Translations under genes and position numbers: made by a program | The notes under the pieces: model-generated | What the model saw: the letters and a program-made list of their open reading frames with translations, nothing else | What the model was told of the DNA's origin: nothing | Database searches by the model: none | Shown: in pieces, positions 1 to 8,090 of the stretch | Numbering within the stretch: position 1 is the first letter of the stretch | How the letters are laid out: each line of letters starts with the position of its first letter | Source of the DNA: a virus | IMG/VR virus record: IMGVR_UViG_3300037047_000121 | DNA: 64,000 nt | Direction: 5' to 3' (one strand)

Positions 1-1810
1 GGGACTCTGCCTCCTCTCGTTTGGCCTCGTAGAAGGCCACGATGTCCTCGCTGCTCGTCAACCGTGCCACGGGGTGTAGGGCATCGGGATGTCCGTCTCC
101 TGCCACCATCTCCGGAGGCATGACTGCGGCGTCCTGCTCCCTGACAGCGAACAGCAGCTTCGTCACCAGCGGCTCCGGGTAGATGATGAGGTGCTTGTTC
201 CGGTAGCCATACATCTCGAACGAGAGTGCCCACTCTCCGTTACGTACCGTCTCACACAGATCACGCAGGGCCACGTTGTTTTTGAGCAGTTCCTGCCACA
301 TCTGCCGGAACGACCCGAAACGGCTGTCGGACAGGATGGGCACAAGGCGCGTTTTGAACGTGACGAACCGCGTCCCCTGGGCGTTGGCGTAGCTGTACGC
401 GCAGATGTTCGAGTTGTGTGCCAACAGATCGCCCGCGAAATAGCACGATGTATTGGCTACCGTTAGATCATAGACGTAACTATCCGTGAGTTGAGACCCG
501 GACGGCGTATAAGGTTCAACCGAAACAATTTCTACTGTCCGATAACCGAGTTCTTCTCCAAAAGGCTCCATCTGTTCCAGGTAAGACAGGGGTACCCGGT
601 AAGACTCTGGAACCTTGTATTGCAAGCATGGGGGGATATAGGGAGCCACCAAGCCAAAAAGGATCTCCGATGCATCCGCAGTCATTTCCAGTTGTGGACC
701 CTTGCCATAGTCATGTACTCGTCCGGTCAATCCGTAAGTCCTGTTTAGACTTTCCAGAAGCCTTTCTACGTCTGAAAAAGTAAAAGACTGGGTATGGAAA
801 GTCGCTTTCGGACGATGAGACTCCCCGACCGAAATGCTCCCGTCGTCTAAATACCAAATGGCTAATGCCAGCGGGGAGATCCTGATTTCCGTCGGGATTC
901 TTTTGACCCCCTCGGAAATGAAAGATTCATATAGATCGAGGAGCGCCGGATGACTTTTGGTGGAAAACACCCATTTCAGGGTGTTCGCATAGCCCCCTTG
1001 TCTGGACTCTGGCGCCTCGCGGGCGTAGTGTTGCAGTAAACGATATTTGAGAAACAGATAATCCTTTTGTGCCTCCCCATGTCCAAACCCTACATTTGGG
1101 TTGCCTACCTGATGGCCTTCCTTGTCCCGGGATGGAACCCAGATCGAAGCGTCACCAAGCAATGCGCCCACCATAAAATCGTGCATCTGGCTTGGGAGAT
1201 GGGGGCAAAATCTTAGCACCTTGGATCCGGGAAGGAGCGAGGATGCTTCAGACCACCCTTCCGGAGTTAGGAGACGATGATCAGCGGTGCAGACTAGAAC
1301 GGATGGGCCTCGCTGCCATCTGACTTTTTTGTAGCTGATACGGACACGCGCTTTGGTAGCCGGATACTTGTGTACTGCTGTTACCTGTTGGGGTACTACC
1401 TCCCCCGTATTTTCATCGTAGGACCAAACCACGGGTCGGAGGTCTTGGTTCACAATTTGTCCAATAGGCTTCTTCGTACCATCCGACAGACGAATTGGCG
1501 TGTGGTAGGCAAAACATCCGTCGAGCTTCTCGTACACCAGCAGCGCCTGCACCTTGGGGAACTTGTACTTGCGCCCCGACCGTTCCTCTGTGCGATCGAA
1601 CGGGTAGTGGAGCTTCGGCGTCGCAAAGATCACCTGGGGGGTCACGTCCTCCCCGGCGACCCGCGTGATCACGAGCGCCCCGTAGCGGTGATCGCTCTGC
1701 TGCGAGATGAATCCCGCAATCTCCTGCCCCCCGTTGAACGCGTCGGGGAGAGCGAATGGGCTCAGGGTGGACTCCGAAACCCCGAGCAGTTCTGCCGCAC
1801 GCTGGATCAT
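1..1810 (-). CDS. ATP-dependent RNA/DNA ligase-like nucleotidyltransferase interrupted by an intein (partial; C-terminus lies beyond window start)
   Basis: My own translation of the minus strand from ATG at about 1808-1810 (GAAGGAG 6 nt upstream) stays open to position 1 (>600 codons). It is not in the ORF track, presumably because it has no in-window stop. The N-extein ends ...LLVYEKLDG (KxDG adenylation motif I), followed directly by the intein Cys. The C-extein resumes SNICAYSYANAQGTRF... Confidence 0.5.
   Translation of the reverse strand, partial: MIQRAAELLGVSESTLSPFALPDAFNGGQEIAGFISQQSDHRYGALVITRVAGEDVTPQVIFATPKLHYPFDRTEERSGRKYKFPKVQALLVYEKLDGCFAYHTPIRLSDGTKKPIGQIVNQDLRPVVWSYDENTGEVVPQQVTAVHKYPATKARVRISYKKVRWQRGPSVLVCTADHRLLTPEGWSEASSLLPGSKVLRFCPHLPSQMHDFMVGALLGDASIWVPSRDKEGHQVGNPNVGFGHGEAQKDYLFLKYRLLQHYAREAPESRQGGYANTLKWVFSTKSHPALLDLYESFISEGVKRIPTEIRISPLALAIWYLDDGSISVGESHRPKATFHTQSFTFSDVERLLESLNRTYGLTGRVHDYGKGPQLEMTADASEILFGLVAPYIPPCLQYKVPESYRVPLSYLEQMEPFGEELGYRTVEIVSVEPYTPSGSQLTDSYVYDLTVANTSCYFAGDLLAHNSNICAYSYANAQGTRFVTFKTRLVPILSDSRFGSFRQMWQELLKNNVALRDLCETVRNGEWALSFEMYGYRNKHLIIYPEPLVTKLLFAVREQDAAVMPPEMVAGDGHPDALHPVARLTSSEDIVAFYEAKREEAES
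404..1516 (-). other. intein with LAGLIDADG homing-endonuclease domain (approximate bounds)
   Basis: Block A CFAYHTPIRLSDGT directly follows KLDG. Block B is TADHRLLT (TxxH). Two LAGLIDADG-like motifs are MVGALLGDASI and LALAIWYLDDGSIS. Blocks F/G are SYVYDLTVANTSCYFAGDLLAHN, followed by Ser as the +1 extein residue. Confidence 0.6.
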
Positions 1811-2070
1811 GGATGCTCCTTCTGTTTCACGAAACTGACGAGGCACGCTCTTTTCATGAAATTCAGTCGAGCCTCGTATTCCTCCGATACGTTGAGGTCG
1901 TCCCCAAGGCACAGGCTTCGGTGGATCCGATCCTGACGATCGGTGCTCCTCATGATGGCCCTGATCTCCGCCCTTAGTACGTCCCTCGTTTCCCTGTGCA
2001 GTTCACCCGGGAACAGGCTCGTCACGTAGGAGTCGAAAATCGTGGCCGGTTGTCGGTGCCACCGAACCAT
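1807..2070 (-). CDS. hypothetical protein (87 aa)
   Basis: ORF-track ORF immediately upstream of and co-directional with the ligase-like gene. It is divergent from the plus-strand block that starts at 2241. RBS is weak. Confidence 0.3.
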   Translation of the reverse strand: MVRWHRQPATIFDSYVTSLFPGELHRETRDVLRAEIRAIMRSTDRQDRIHRSLCLGDDLNVSEEYEARLNFMKRACLVSFVKQKEHP

Positions 2071-2180
2071 GTTAGCCCTGTGGGATCTCCTTTCCCACCT
2101 GGACTACTCGGGTCGGCGTCGGAATCATCCCACGTTTCATCCGCCAGGGAAAGAAACCTCGGATCTCTACTCCTTTCCAC

Positions 2181-2208
2181 GGGATCATTCCCCGGACGAT
2201 CCGAGTAG
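2181..2208 (+). promoter_or_regulatory. GGGATCAT-N14-GAGTAG promoter-like motif
   Basis: Motif copy; ATG of downstream gene at 2241. Confidence 0.45.
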
Positions 2209-2240
2209 TCCCCACAAGGGACACCCAAGAGAGGGGAGAA

Positions 2241-2654
2241 ATGAGCAAGCGAAAACATGGAAGGCCCAGCCCGAGACTCGCAGATTTGCGGGCTCTCCTG
2301 GTGGAGCAGCGGAACGTCCGGCACGCACAGCGGGGGCTGATGGGGTCGCTCGTGCAGGTTCAGCGGTTCATGGTCGACCCCGATCTGGCGGCGCTGCACA
2401 AGCTGATGCAGAGCAAGGTGGGTCAGACCACGGTGTGGGCTCGGAGCGCCAGTCTGGCTTACGCCTTCATGCGCAACAGGACGCTGGACGAGGCCGTCTC
2501 GCCGCGGACGAGGATCCCGCTGTTCGCGGGAACGATCCACGTGGTCATGACGCACTGCGGGGTCGAGGGCATCACCCTGCGGCACGTGGACACGTGGCTC
2601 AAGGAGCGCACCCTGCGGCGCCGGGACATCGTGCATCAGGAGGTGGTGGAATGA
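2241..2654 (+). CDS. hypothetical protein
   Basis: ORF track; RBS GAGAGGGGAG before ATG; promoter-like motif upstream. Confidence 0.6.
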   Translation: MSKRKHGRPSPRLADLRALLVEQRNVRHAQRGLMGSLVQVQRFMVDPDLAALHKLMQSKVGQTTVWARSASLAYAFMRNRTLDEAVSPRTRIPLFAGTIHVVMTHCGVEGITLRHVDTWLKERTLRRRDIVHQEVVE

Positions 2655-2914
2655 GCCAGAAGCAGACCGCCTGGGCGGAAGCGAAAGGCACCGTGGGGCT
2701 GGCATTCGACCTCAGAAAGGTGGAACCTCGGGCCTTCGAGGTTTCGCTGGGGCTGGACTACATCTGCCTCATTTCCAAGCATCCGGACAAGCCACTCTGG
2801 GCCGCCACGCACAACTGCGTGCCCGACCCGAAGCACGACGCAGACCGCTACGAGTACCCCACCCCGATCCGCGCCGTTCAGGCGTACCGGAAGATACGCG
2901 CCGCACGGGGCTAA
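2651..2914 (+). CDS. hypothetical protein
   Basis: In-frame ATG at 2651 overlaps the upstream stop (ATGA); product MSQKQTAWAEAKG...; part of longer track ORF 2042..2914. Confidence 0.5.
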   Translation: MSQKQTAWAEAKGTVGLAFDLRKVEPRAFEVSLGLDYICLISKHPDKPLWAATHNCVPDPKHDADRYEYPTPIRAVQAYRKIRAARG

Positions 2915-2960
2915 AAACGGGTAGAGCATGTGTGGGATCCCCAAAGGGAGGAGTTTGCAC

Positions 2961-3281
2961 ATGCTTTTCGAGTTGCCCGACGGAAATGTCCTGTCCCTTA
3001 CGGACTTTTACTTTGAGGTCGCGGACGAGTTAGACCACGATGATAACGTGAGTTATTTCGTGCGCATTGTATGTCTGCCCCGCAGCCTCGCTTTTCGGCT
3101 GACCCCATTTTTCCCAACCATGAAAGAGGCACGCGAGGCCATGGTGGCTATTGGTCAGTTCATCTTGAATGGTGGGAGTTCTGATGTCCGGCCAGTTGAG
3201 ATTCTCCGCCTCATGAGGGATCTGGTACAGGAGACAATGGCATGCTGCGTGTCGGAATCACAGCTACCCAAACTGGACTGA
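2961..3281 (+). CDS. hypothetical protein
   Basis: ATG 2961 preceded by AAAGGGAGGAG; track ORF 2928..3281. Confidence 0.5.
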   Translation: MLFELPDGNVLSLTDFYFEVADELDHDDNVSYFVRIVCLPRSLAFRLTPFFPTMKEAREAMVAIGQFILNGGSSDVRPVEILRLMRDLVQETMACCVSESQLPKLD

Positions 3282-3685
3282 CTCCAGTTCAGAGGGGCAA
3301 CCTTGAACGAACCCTGTTGGCTTTTGCCAAACGGGGGCCGTTGGAACTCCACCACGGGGACTGTATCGGAGGGGATGCAGCGGCGGACGAGATCGCCCGT
3401 CAGTATGGGATCCGGAGGGTCATCCATCCTCCGGAGAACCCGAGCAAAAGGGCTCGTTGTGCCGGGGAGGTGATCCTTCCCGAGAAAGCCTATCTCGATC
3501 GGAATCATGATATCGTGGACGTTTCCGACGTGCTGGTGGCATGTCCCAAAGGCATGATGGAAGAACAGCGCTCTGGAACGTGGGCCACGGTTCGATACGC
3601 CCGCAAACTGGGGCGCAAAGTCATGATCCTGTTCCCAGACGGTTCTGTAGTCACCGAGACGAGAGCACATGGCGCGAAAATCTAA
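3242..3685 (+). CDS. SLOG/DUF2493-like Rossmann-fold protein (DprA/LOG superfamily-like)
   Basis: RVGITATQTG...LELHHGDCIGGDAAADEIARQYG follows the phage DUF2493 pattern (V.TGsR...vvHGaCp.GADa.A..wA). Confidence 0.45.
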   Translation: MLRVGITATQTGLTPVQRGNLERTLLAFAKRGPLELHHGDCIGGDAAADEIARQYGIRRVIHPPENPSKRARCAGEVILPEKAYLDRNHDIVDVSDVLVACPKGMMEEQRSGTWATVRYARKLGRKVMILFPDGSVVTETRAHGAKI

Positions 3686-4166
3686 AAAGCAAGAGACTCC
3701 AACTCCGGCTCCCCCGAGGGAATCTTCGAAATACGAGGTGATCTATCGAAGGTCAGCAGAAGGACCGGAACGACCCGCAGGGGGGGATCCCACGGATGTG
3801 GCCCCGGGGGACGTGCTGACATTTTTCCTGGAGGGGCGATTTACATCACGGATCGTAGAATCTGTTTCCTTAAAAGGGGTGAAAACGGCAGCTTCCAGAA
3901 TGGGACGAATGCTGGTAGCGGAATCGGAGACCGTTAACTATGATCAGTTTTATGATGTGATTCGCTGGACGACTCAACCTGACACGACAACTCCGAAAGA
4001 GGTAGACCTTTCGTGTGAACCAGAGCTACCCCCGGAAGATCCGGGGTCCGAAGTACTGGATGTCCCCCCCGAGGATCCGCATCCGGGGGATACCTTATTA
4101 GGTGAATTGCTGAAACCAGCGCCGAAACTCGATGAGATTAGTGCCGAAGATTTTATGTTCAGTTGA
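3669..4166 (+). CDS. hypothetical protein
   Basis: ORF track; Pro/Glu-rich. Confidence 0.5.
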   Translation: MARKSKKQETPTPAPPRESSKYEVIYRRSAEGPERPAGGDPTDVAPGDVLTFFLEGRFTSRIVESVSLKGVKTAASRMGRMLVAESETVNYDQFYDVIRWTTQPDTTTPKEVDLSCEPELPPEDPGSEVLDVPPEDPHPGDTLLGELLKPAPKLDEISAEDFMFS

Positions 4167-4183
4167 TGTGAAAGGGTTATGGA

Positions 4184-5236
4184 ATGCATGTAGCCATTGT
4201 GGGCGGCGGTCCTGCAGGTTGTGCCGCCGCCCAAACCCTCCAGCAGCAAGGAGCCCGCGTTACTTTGGTAGACCCTATGCGGGAGGCCCCCATCTGTGGT
4301 GGTGGGCTGACGCATCAGGCTGTTCAGATGCTTCAGAAACTTGGATTGTGGCACCAAGGGTACACCACTCTGGAGATCCCCTCCTCAGTGTGGGAAACTC
4401 CGTCAGGAAAAACCTATCGGTATGCGCCTACCAGTATGGAAGAACGTCTGCACTCGGTAGACCGACAAAAGTTTGATGCAGCACTACGTGAACAGGTATC
4501 CCAAAAAGGTGTCACGCTAATTTCGGATCGAGTCCTTGCTCTTCAGCATCACCGAAAAACAGTCACTCTCACAGGAGAGCGGGGAAATCAGCTTCAGGCT
4601 GATGTCGTGTTTATGGCCAATGGACACGAGGTGCGTAGGTTTTTCCGAAAAGTGAACCCCATCGGAGGACGTGCGGTAGCTGCCATCCTGGATTTCCCTG
4701 TTCAGTGGCAAAAAGCCTCCTTCTATTTGTCCCCCTGCGTCCTTCCTGGATATGCCTGGATTTTTCCCTGGCCCGGAAATCGAATGTCCATCGGTGCCAA
4801 ACTCACCCCCCATCGTCATGGGCAAGCACTGAGATTTTTGCGGGGCTTGAGTCCGACACCGGATTACCACGTTACCTATAGGCCCCTGTGTTCCAACAGG
4901 GTGCCAAATCATCTTGTGCCGCGGAACATGTTCCTGCTGGGGGATGCCGCGGGACTGGTAGATCCTCTGACGGGGGAGGGGATCTCGTACGCTCTGGAAA
5001 GCGGTTTCCTGGCTGCCAACTGTCTCTCTCATAGCCCGGATCCGACGGAAGCTCGTCAGAGGTATGAAATCCTGCTCCGGTCTCGTTATAGTCTGCTGCG
5101 ACTCGTATCACGTATGGGGTACCAGTTTGCCAAATCAACGGAGTTGACGGAAATTGGATCCCGCATGATGGGATCGGAGATCTGGGCAAGTTTCGCGGCT
5201 CGCTGGTTCGGTCAGGGAACGCCTCTTCCTTTCTAA
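4184..5236 (+). CDS. FAD-dependent oxidoreductase, geranylgeranyl reductase-like family
   Basis: N-terminal dinucleotide-binding VAIVGGGPAGCAAA; LLGDAAGLVDPLTGEGISYALESG motif typical of GGR/FAD-dependent hydroxylases. Confidence 0.75.
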   Translation: MHVAIVGGGPAGCAAAQTLQQQGARVTLVDPMREAPICGGGLTHQAVQMLQKLGLWHQGYTTLEIPSSVWETPSGKTYRYAPTSMEERLHSVDRQKFDAALREQVSQKGVTLISDRVLALQHHRKTVTLTGERGNQLQADVVFMANGHEVRRFFRKVNPIGGRAVAAILDFPVQWQKASFYLSPCVLPGYAWIFPWPGNRMSIGAKLTPHRHGQALRFLRGLSPTPDYHVTYRPLCSNRVPNHLVPRNMFLLGDAAGLVDPLTGEGISYALESGFLAANCLSHSPDPTEARQRYEILLRSRYSLLRLVSRMGYQFAKSTELTEIGSRMMGSEIWASFAARWFGQGTPLPF

Positions 5237-5237
5237 C

Positions 5238-5265
5238 GGGATCATCTCCCCAGAGTTCTGAGTAG
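5238..5265 (+). promoter_or_regulatory. GGGATCAT-N14-GAGTAG promoter-like motif
   Basis: Motif copy; downstream ATG 5288/5295. Confidence 0.45.
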
Positions 5266-5294
5266 GTAACCCAGGATTGCTTGGGGGATGCGTT

Positions 5295-5576
5295 ATGTCC
5301 TGCTACAACTTCATGAAGCGTGCAGATCGGCAGCGGCTCCGTCAGGATCGCGAGGCCGAGATCCAGGCTGTCCGGGATGGCCTCTGGCCTCGCGATATCG
5401 ACGACCGGATGCGCTGGAACTGCAAGGATACGAACCCGTATTTCTCGGCGGCCGAGAACCGTCGGATCATGGCGGAGTACGCCGCGCGCATGTGCCAGCG
5501 AGAAGTCGACTACCTGGACGACCTGGAACGGCGGCTGGCGGCCGACGACCCGGATCTCGTGGGGTGGGAGCGTTGA
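5295..5576 (+). CDS. hypothetical protein
   Basis: Track ORF 5277..5576; start uncertain between 5288 and 5295. Confidence 0.45.
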   Translation: MSCYNFMKRADRQRLRQDREAEIQAVRDGLWPRDIDDRMRWNCKDTNPYFSAAENRRIMAEYAARMCQREVDYLDDLERRLAADDPDLVGWER

Positions 5577-5592
5577 GGAATCGTCCTTCCGA

Positions 5593-5620
5593 GGGATCAT
5601 TCGAGCGGACAGTGGAGTAG
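5593..5620 (+). promoter_or_regulatory. GGGATCAT-N14-GAGTAG promoter-like motif
   Basis: Motif copy; downstream ATG 5661. Confidence 0.45.
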
Positions 5621-5660
5621 TCCTGATGCGGGGGTTAGACCCCATCAGGAAGGATGAACC

Positions 5661-6041
5661 ATGAAGAAGCTCACGGTCCGTGTGAATTACGACACCTACG
5701 ACGCCCTCAACCGCAAGGCCGAGGAACTCAACATGACGGTGGCGGCGCTCATGCGTCGTCTGGCCGAGGATGCCACGGGGACGGGGGAATACATCACCCT
5801 CCCGGTTCGCACGTGCAACCCCAGCAACCGGATGGAGCACGTCATCCGGCGTACGCTCATCTCCGAAACCGTGGCTGTGTTCAACCACGGGTTCACGGAT
5901 CCGCACACGGGGCGTGTCCGCGGGGCCGGACTCATCCCGGCCATCATCTACGTCAGGCAGAACACGGGGCTCGGCCTGCCCGAGGGTAAGGACGTCACGG
6001 AGCAGATCCTGGCCAACGCGGGGCTGTTCCAGTATCGGTAG
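5661..6041 (+). CDS. ribbon-helix-helix (CopG/Arc-like) domain protein
   Basis: N-terminus MKKLTVRVNYDTYDALNRKAEELNMTVAALMRRLA has a beta-strand/helix/helix RHH pattern. Confidence 0.55.
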   Translation: MKKLTVRVNYDTYDALNRKAEELNMTVAALMRRLAEDATGTGEYITLPVRTCNPSNRMEHVIRRTLISETVAVFNHGFTDPHTGRVRGAGLIPAIIYVRQNTGLGLPEGKDVTEQILANAGLFQYR

Positions 6042-6053
6042 GGGAGCCTACGC

Positions 6054-6081
6054 GGGATCATCCGTCCACCAGTTTGAGTAG
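6054..6081 (+). promoter_or_regulatory. GGGATCAT-N14-GAGTAG promoter-like motif
   Basis: Motif copy; downstream ATG 6103. Confidence 0.45.
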
Positions 6082-6102
6082 TACTGGTGGGAGGGAACAA
6101 AA

Positions 6103-6567
6103 ATGAACGAGCTTCAGCACGTGTTTCAGGAACTGCAGTCCGGCAAATGGGCCGAGGTCAATCCCGACCGCTGCCCCTGCCGGGGAGGCGGGTGGCTCTG
6201 TTCCGATCTGGATACGTGGCACAAGTGCCCGATCCATGGTGCGGATGTTCCGCACCCGGAGGACCTGGAAGGCGCTCTAGTGTTCCGCGCGACGGAGCAC
6301 AAGATCCGGATGTACCGCAAAGCATATGCGCTTTTCCGGGCCGAGGCTCGAGCGCTGGGACTCACGGGCAACTTCAAGGCACTCTGTGCCCAACAGGTCG
6401 GGCCGAATCCCGCGCCGTCGGCATGGGTCGCAGCGGCCGAAAACATCGCGGATGCGATCGTCGCCACGACGGAAGAGCGTCGGGCGAAGGTTCTGGGTTT
6501 CGACAGTGCCCTGGAAATGCGGCTGACGGAAATGGCCGCCTATGAGCGGAGAGACTCCGCGCGGTAA
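6103..6567 (+). CDS. hypothetical protein
   Basis: ORF track; RBS GGGAGGGAAC. Confidence 0.55.
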   Translation: MNELQHVFQELQSGKWAEVNPDRCPCRGGGWLCSDLDTWHKCPIHGADVPHPEDLEGALVFRATEHKIRMYRKAYALFRAEARALGLTGNFKALCAQQVGPNPAPSAWVAAAENIADAIVATTEERRAKVLGFDSALEMRLTEMAAYERRDSAR

Positions 6568-6577
6568 GGATCAAAGG

Positions 6578-7303
6578 ATGCGGAAAGTGATCATCAGTCA
6601 TTTCGGCCCCAGCGCTCGCCAGATCCTCGACGCGGCGCTGCATCTTGCCGGGCGTCCCCAGCGGGAACTCATGGTTCAATCCCTCCCGGAGGGCGGGACC
6701 GTCTTCGACGGTGCCCCGTGGGAGGGGCGTCGGAAGAAGGACTACGACCGGGGTCTGTCCTACCTCCACGACCTGACCAAGCGCACGGTGCTCAAGAATC
6801 AGGTGTTCCTAGGCGGGGCCTGTGACCCGACCACGTGGCGGCACGACATCGCGATCCCTGCGCTGGAGACCGCCGGGTGCGCCTACTACAACCCCCAGGT
6901 GCCCGATTGGAGCGAGAAGGACGCCGAGTACAAGGCGGCGGGCATCGCGGGCGGCATCATGGAGGTCGAGGCCAAGGAGAAGACCACGTCCCACGTCCTC
7001 CTGTTCGTCTTCGACCCCCAGACCCGCGCCATCGCCACCCTGAACGAGGCCGTCGAGTTCATGCTCGCGAGCCGTCAGCATGTGGTGCTCGTAGCCTCCT
7101 ACGTCGAGATCGGCCAGGAGATCGCGGGCCAGACCCTGACCGCCGCCGAGGCGATGGACATCAACATCGCCCGCGGAGAACTCTTCGGGGTCGCCAAGTC
7201 GCGTGGGGTGCCGGTGTTCCACACGATCGAGGACGCCGTGCAGGAGTGCATCCGGCTCATCCACGAGGCGGACGAGGACTATACGGTCATCGGGGTACGG
7301 TAA
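6578..7303 (+). CDS. hypothetical Rossmann-like protein (faint nucleoside 2-deoxyribosyltransferase-like pattern)
   Basis: ATG 6578 after AAGGATCAAAGG; VFLGGACDPTTWR motif; track ORF 6542..7303. Confidence 0.45.
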   Translation: MRKVIISHFGPSARQILDAALHLAGRPQRELMVQSLPEGGTVFDGAPWEGRRKKDYDRGLSYLHDLTKRTVLKNQVFLGGACDPTTWRHDIAIPALETAGCAYYNPQVPDWSEKDAEYKAAGIAGGIMEVEAKEKTTSHVLLFVFDPQTRAIATLNEAVEFMLASRQHVVLVASYVEIGQEIAGQTLTAAEAMDINIARGELFGVAKSRGVPVFHTIEDAVQECIRLIHEADEDYTVIGVR

Positions 7304-7309
7304 CCCCTC

Positions 7310-7338
7310 GGGATCAATCCCACCCCGTGCCCGAGTAG
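7310..7338 (+). promoter_or_regulatory. GGGATCAA-N15-GAGTAG promoter-like motif (variant)
   Basis: Motif copy; downstream ATG 7361. Confidence 0.4.
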
Positions 7339-7360
7339 TCCCCCCGGAAAGGTGCCAGCC

Positions 7361-7588
7361 ATGACTGACCAAGAACGAGAGAGCCTTCGTTTCGTGCTTC
7401 TCGCCATGGAGGAGCACGAACACACGGACTGGTGGGCTGATGAGGACCCGGAACTAGCCGCTCCTCGGTGCGCCTCCTGCTCGCGCAGATCCGGAACAAG
7501 ACACGATCCATGGTGCCAGTTCGGTCAGGGGCTCGACCGGCTTCGGCAACTACTCGGGGAGCCGAAAAGAGAAAGTATGGGGACATGA
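7361..7588 (+). CDS. hypothetical protein
   Basis: ATG 7361 with GGAAAGG RBS; track ORF 7352..7588. Confidence 0.45.
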   Translation: MTDQERESLRFVLLAMEEHEHTDWWADEDPELAAPRCASCSRRSGTRHDPWCQFGQGLDRLRQLLGEPKRESMGT

Positions 7589-7995
7589 ACGGATTCATCG
7601 GAATTCAGATTTCCGACCCGACAGAACTGAAAAGGGTCGAAAGTCAGATCCAACGAGAAATCGACCGGCAGTCCCTGTTGGACAAACAGTGGAGCGAGGC
7701 ATACTCCACAGTACTACGCAAAAAGAAAGATCACCTTGATCAGAGGTACCAGGAGGCGAGGACACGACACCGCGCGCTCCCCTGGTACAAACGCTGGTTC
7801 CAGAGGGAACCCGTTCGGGGTAACTTTCCGAGAAGCATGATCTACGATGCTCGGTCCCCCCATGAGGAAGCCCTTCATGACTTGCGAGAACTTTTGACTC
7901 TCGTATGGAGGGTGCGGGGGACCTCCGGACGGGTCCTGGTCGTTTCCGAAAAAATCTATGAGACATACCTCGTCGTCAGTGACCCTGAACGCTGA
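7585..7995 (+). CDS. hypothetical protein
   Basis: Internal Met MNGFIGIQ... of track ORF 7468..7995, overlapping the upstream stop. Confidence 0.4.
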   Translation: MNGFIGIQISDPTELKRVESQIQREIDRQSLLDKQWSEAYSTVLRKKKDHLDQRYQEARTRHRALPWYKRWFQREPVRGNFPRSMIYDARSPHEEALHDLRELLTLVWRVRGTSGRVLVVSEKIYETYLVVSDPER

Positions 7996-8053
7996 CTTGT
8001 GCTCCAAAACTTGTTGGCCTAGGCTTGAGGTAGACGGTAGCCTTCCTATCCAA

Positions 8054-8084
8054 CCCCTCTGATCGAGTGTTTCGATCAGAGGGG
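8054..8084 (+). terminator. perfect 13-bp inverted repeat hairpin (CCCCTCTGATCGA-GTGTT-TCGATCAGAGGGG) followed by CTTT
   Basis: Seen directly in the sequence between the gene ending at 7995 and the ATG at 8091. Could be a terminator or an operator palindrome. Confidence 0.4.
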
Positions 8085-8090
8085 CTTTCA

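Noticed and set aside
1-1810. Absence of any long minus-strand ORF here in the provided track, which suggested non-coding DNA
   Set aside because: Manual translation shows an uninterrupted frame running off the window start. The track apparently omits edge-truncated ORFs; the same happens at 63854-64000.
2022-2914. 227-aa minus and 290-aa plus ORFs spanning 2022..2914
   Set aside because: Low-complexity R/P/G/A-rich translations overlap the better-supported genes 2241..2654 and 2651..2914 (RBS, promoter motif, start/stop coupling); judged off-frame artefacts.
4872-5906. 344-aa minus-strand ORF
   Set aside because: Antisense to the well-supported FAD oxidoreductase and small plus-strand genes; R/P-rich composition; no RBS.
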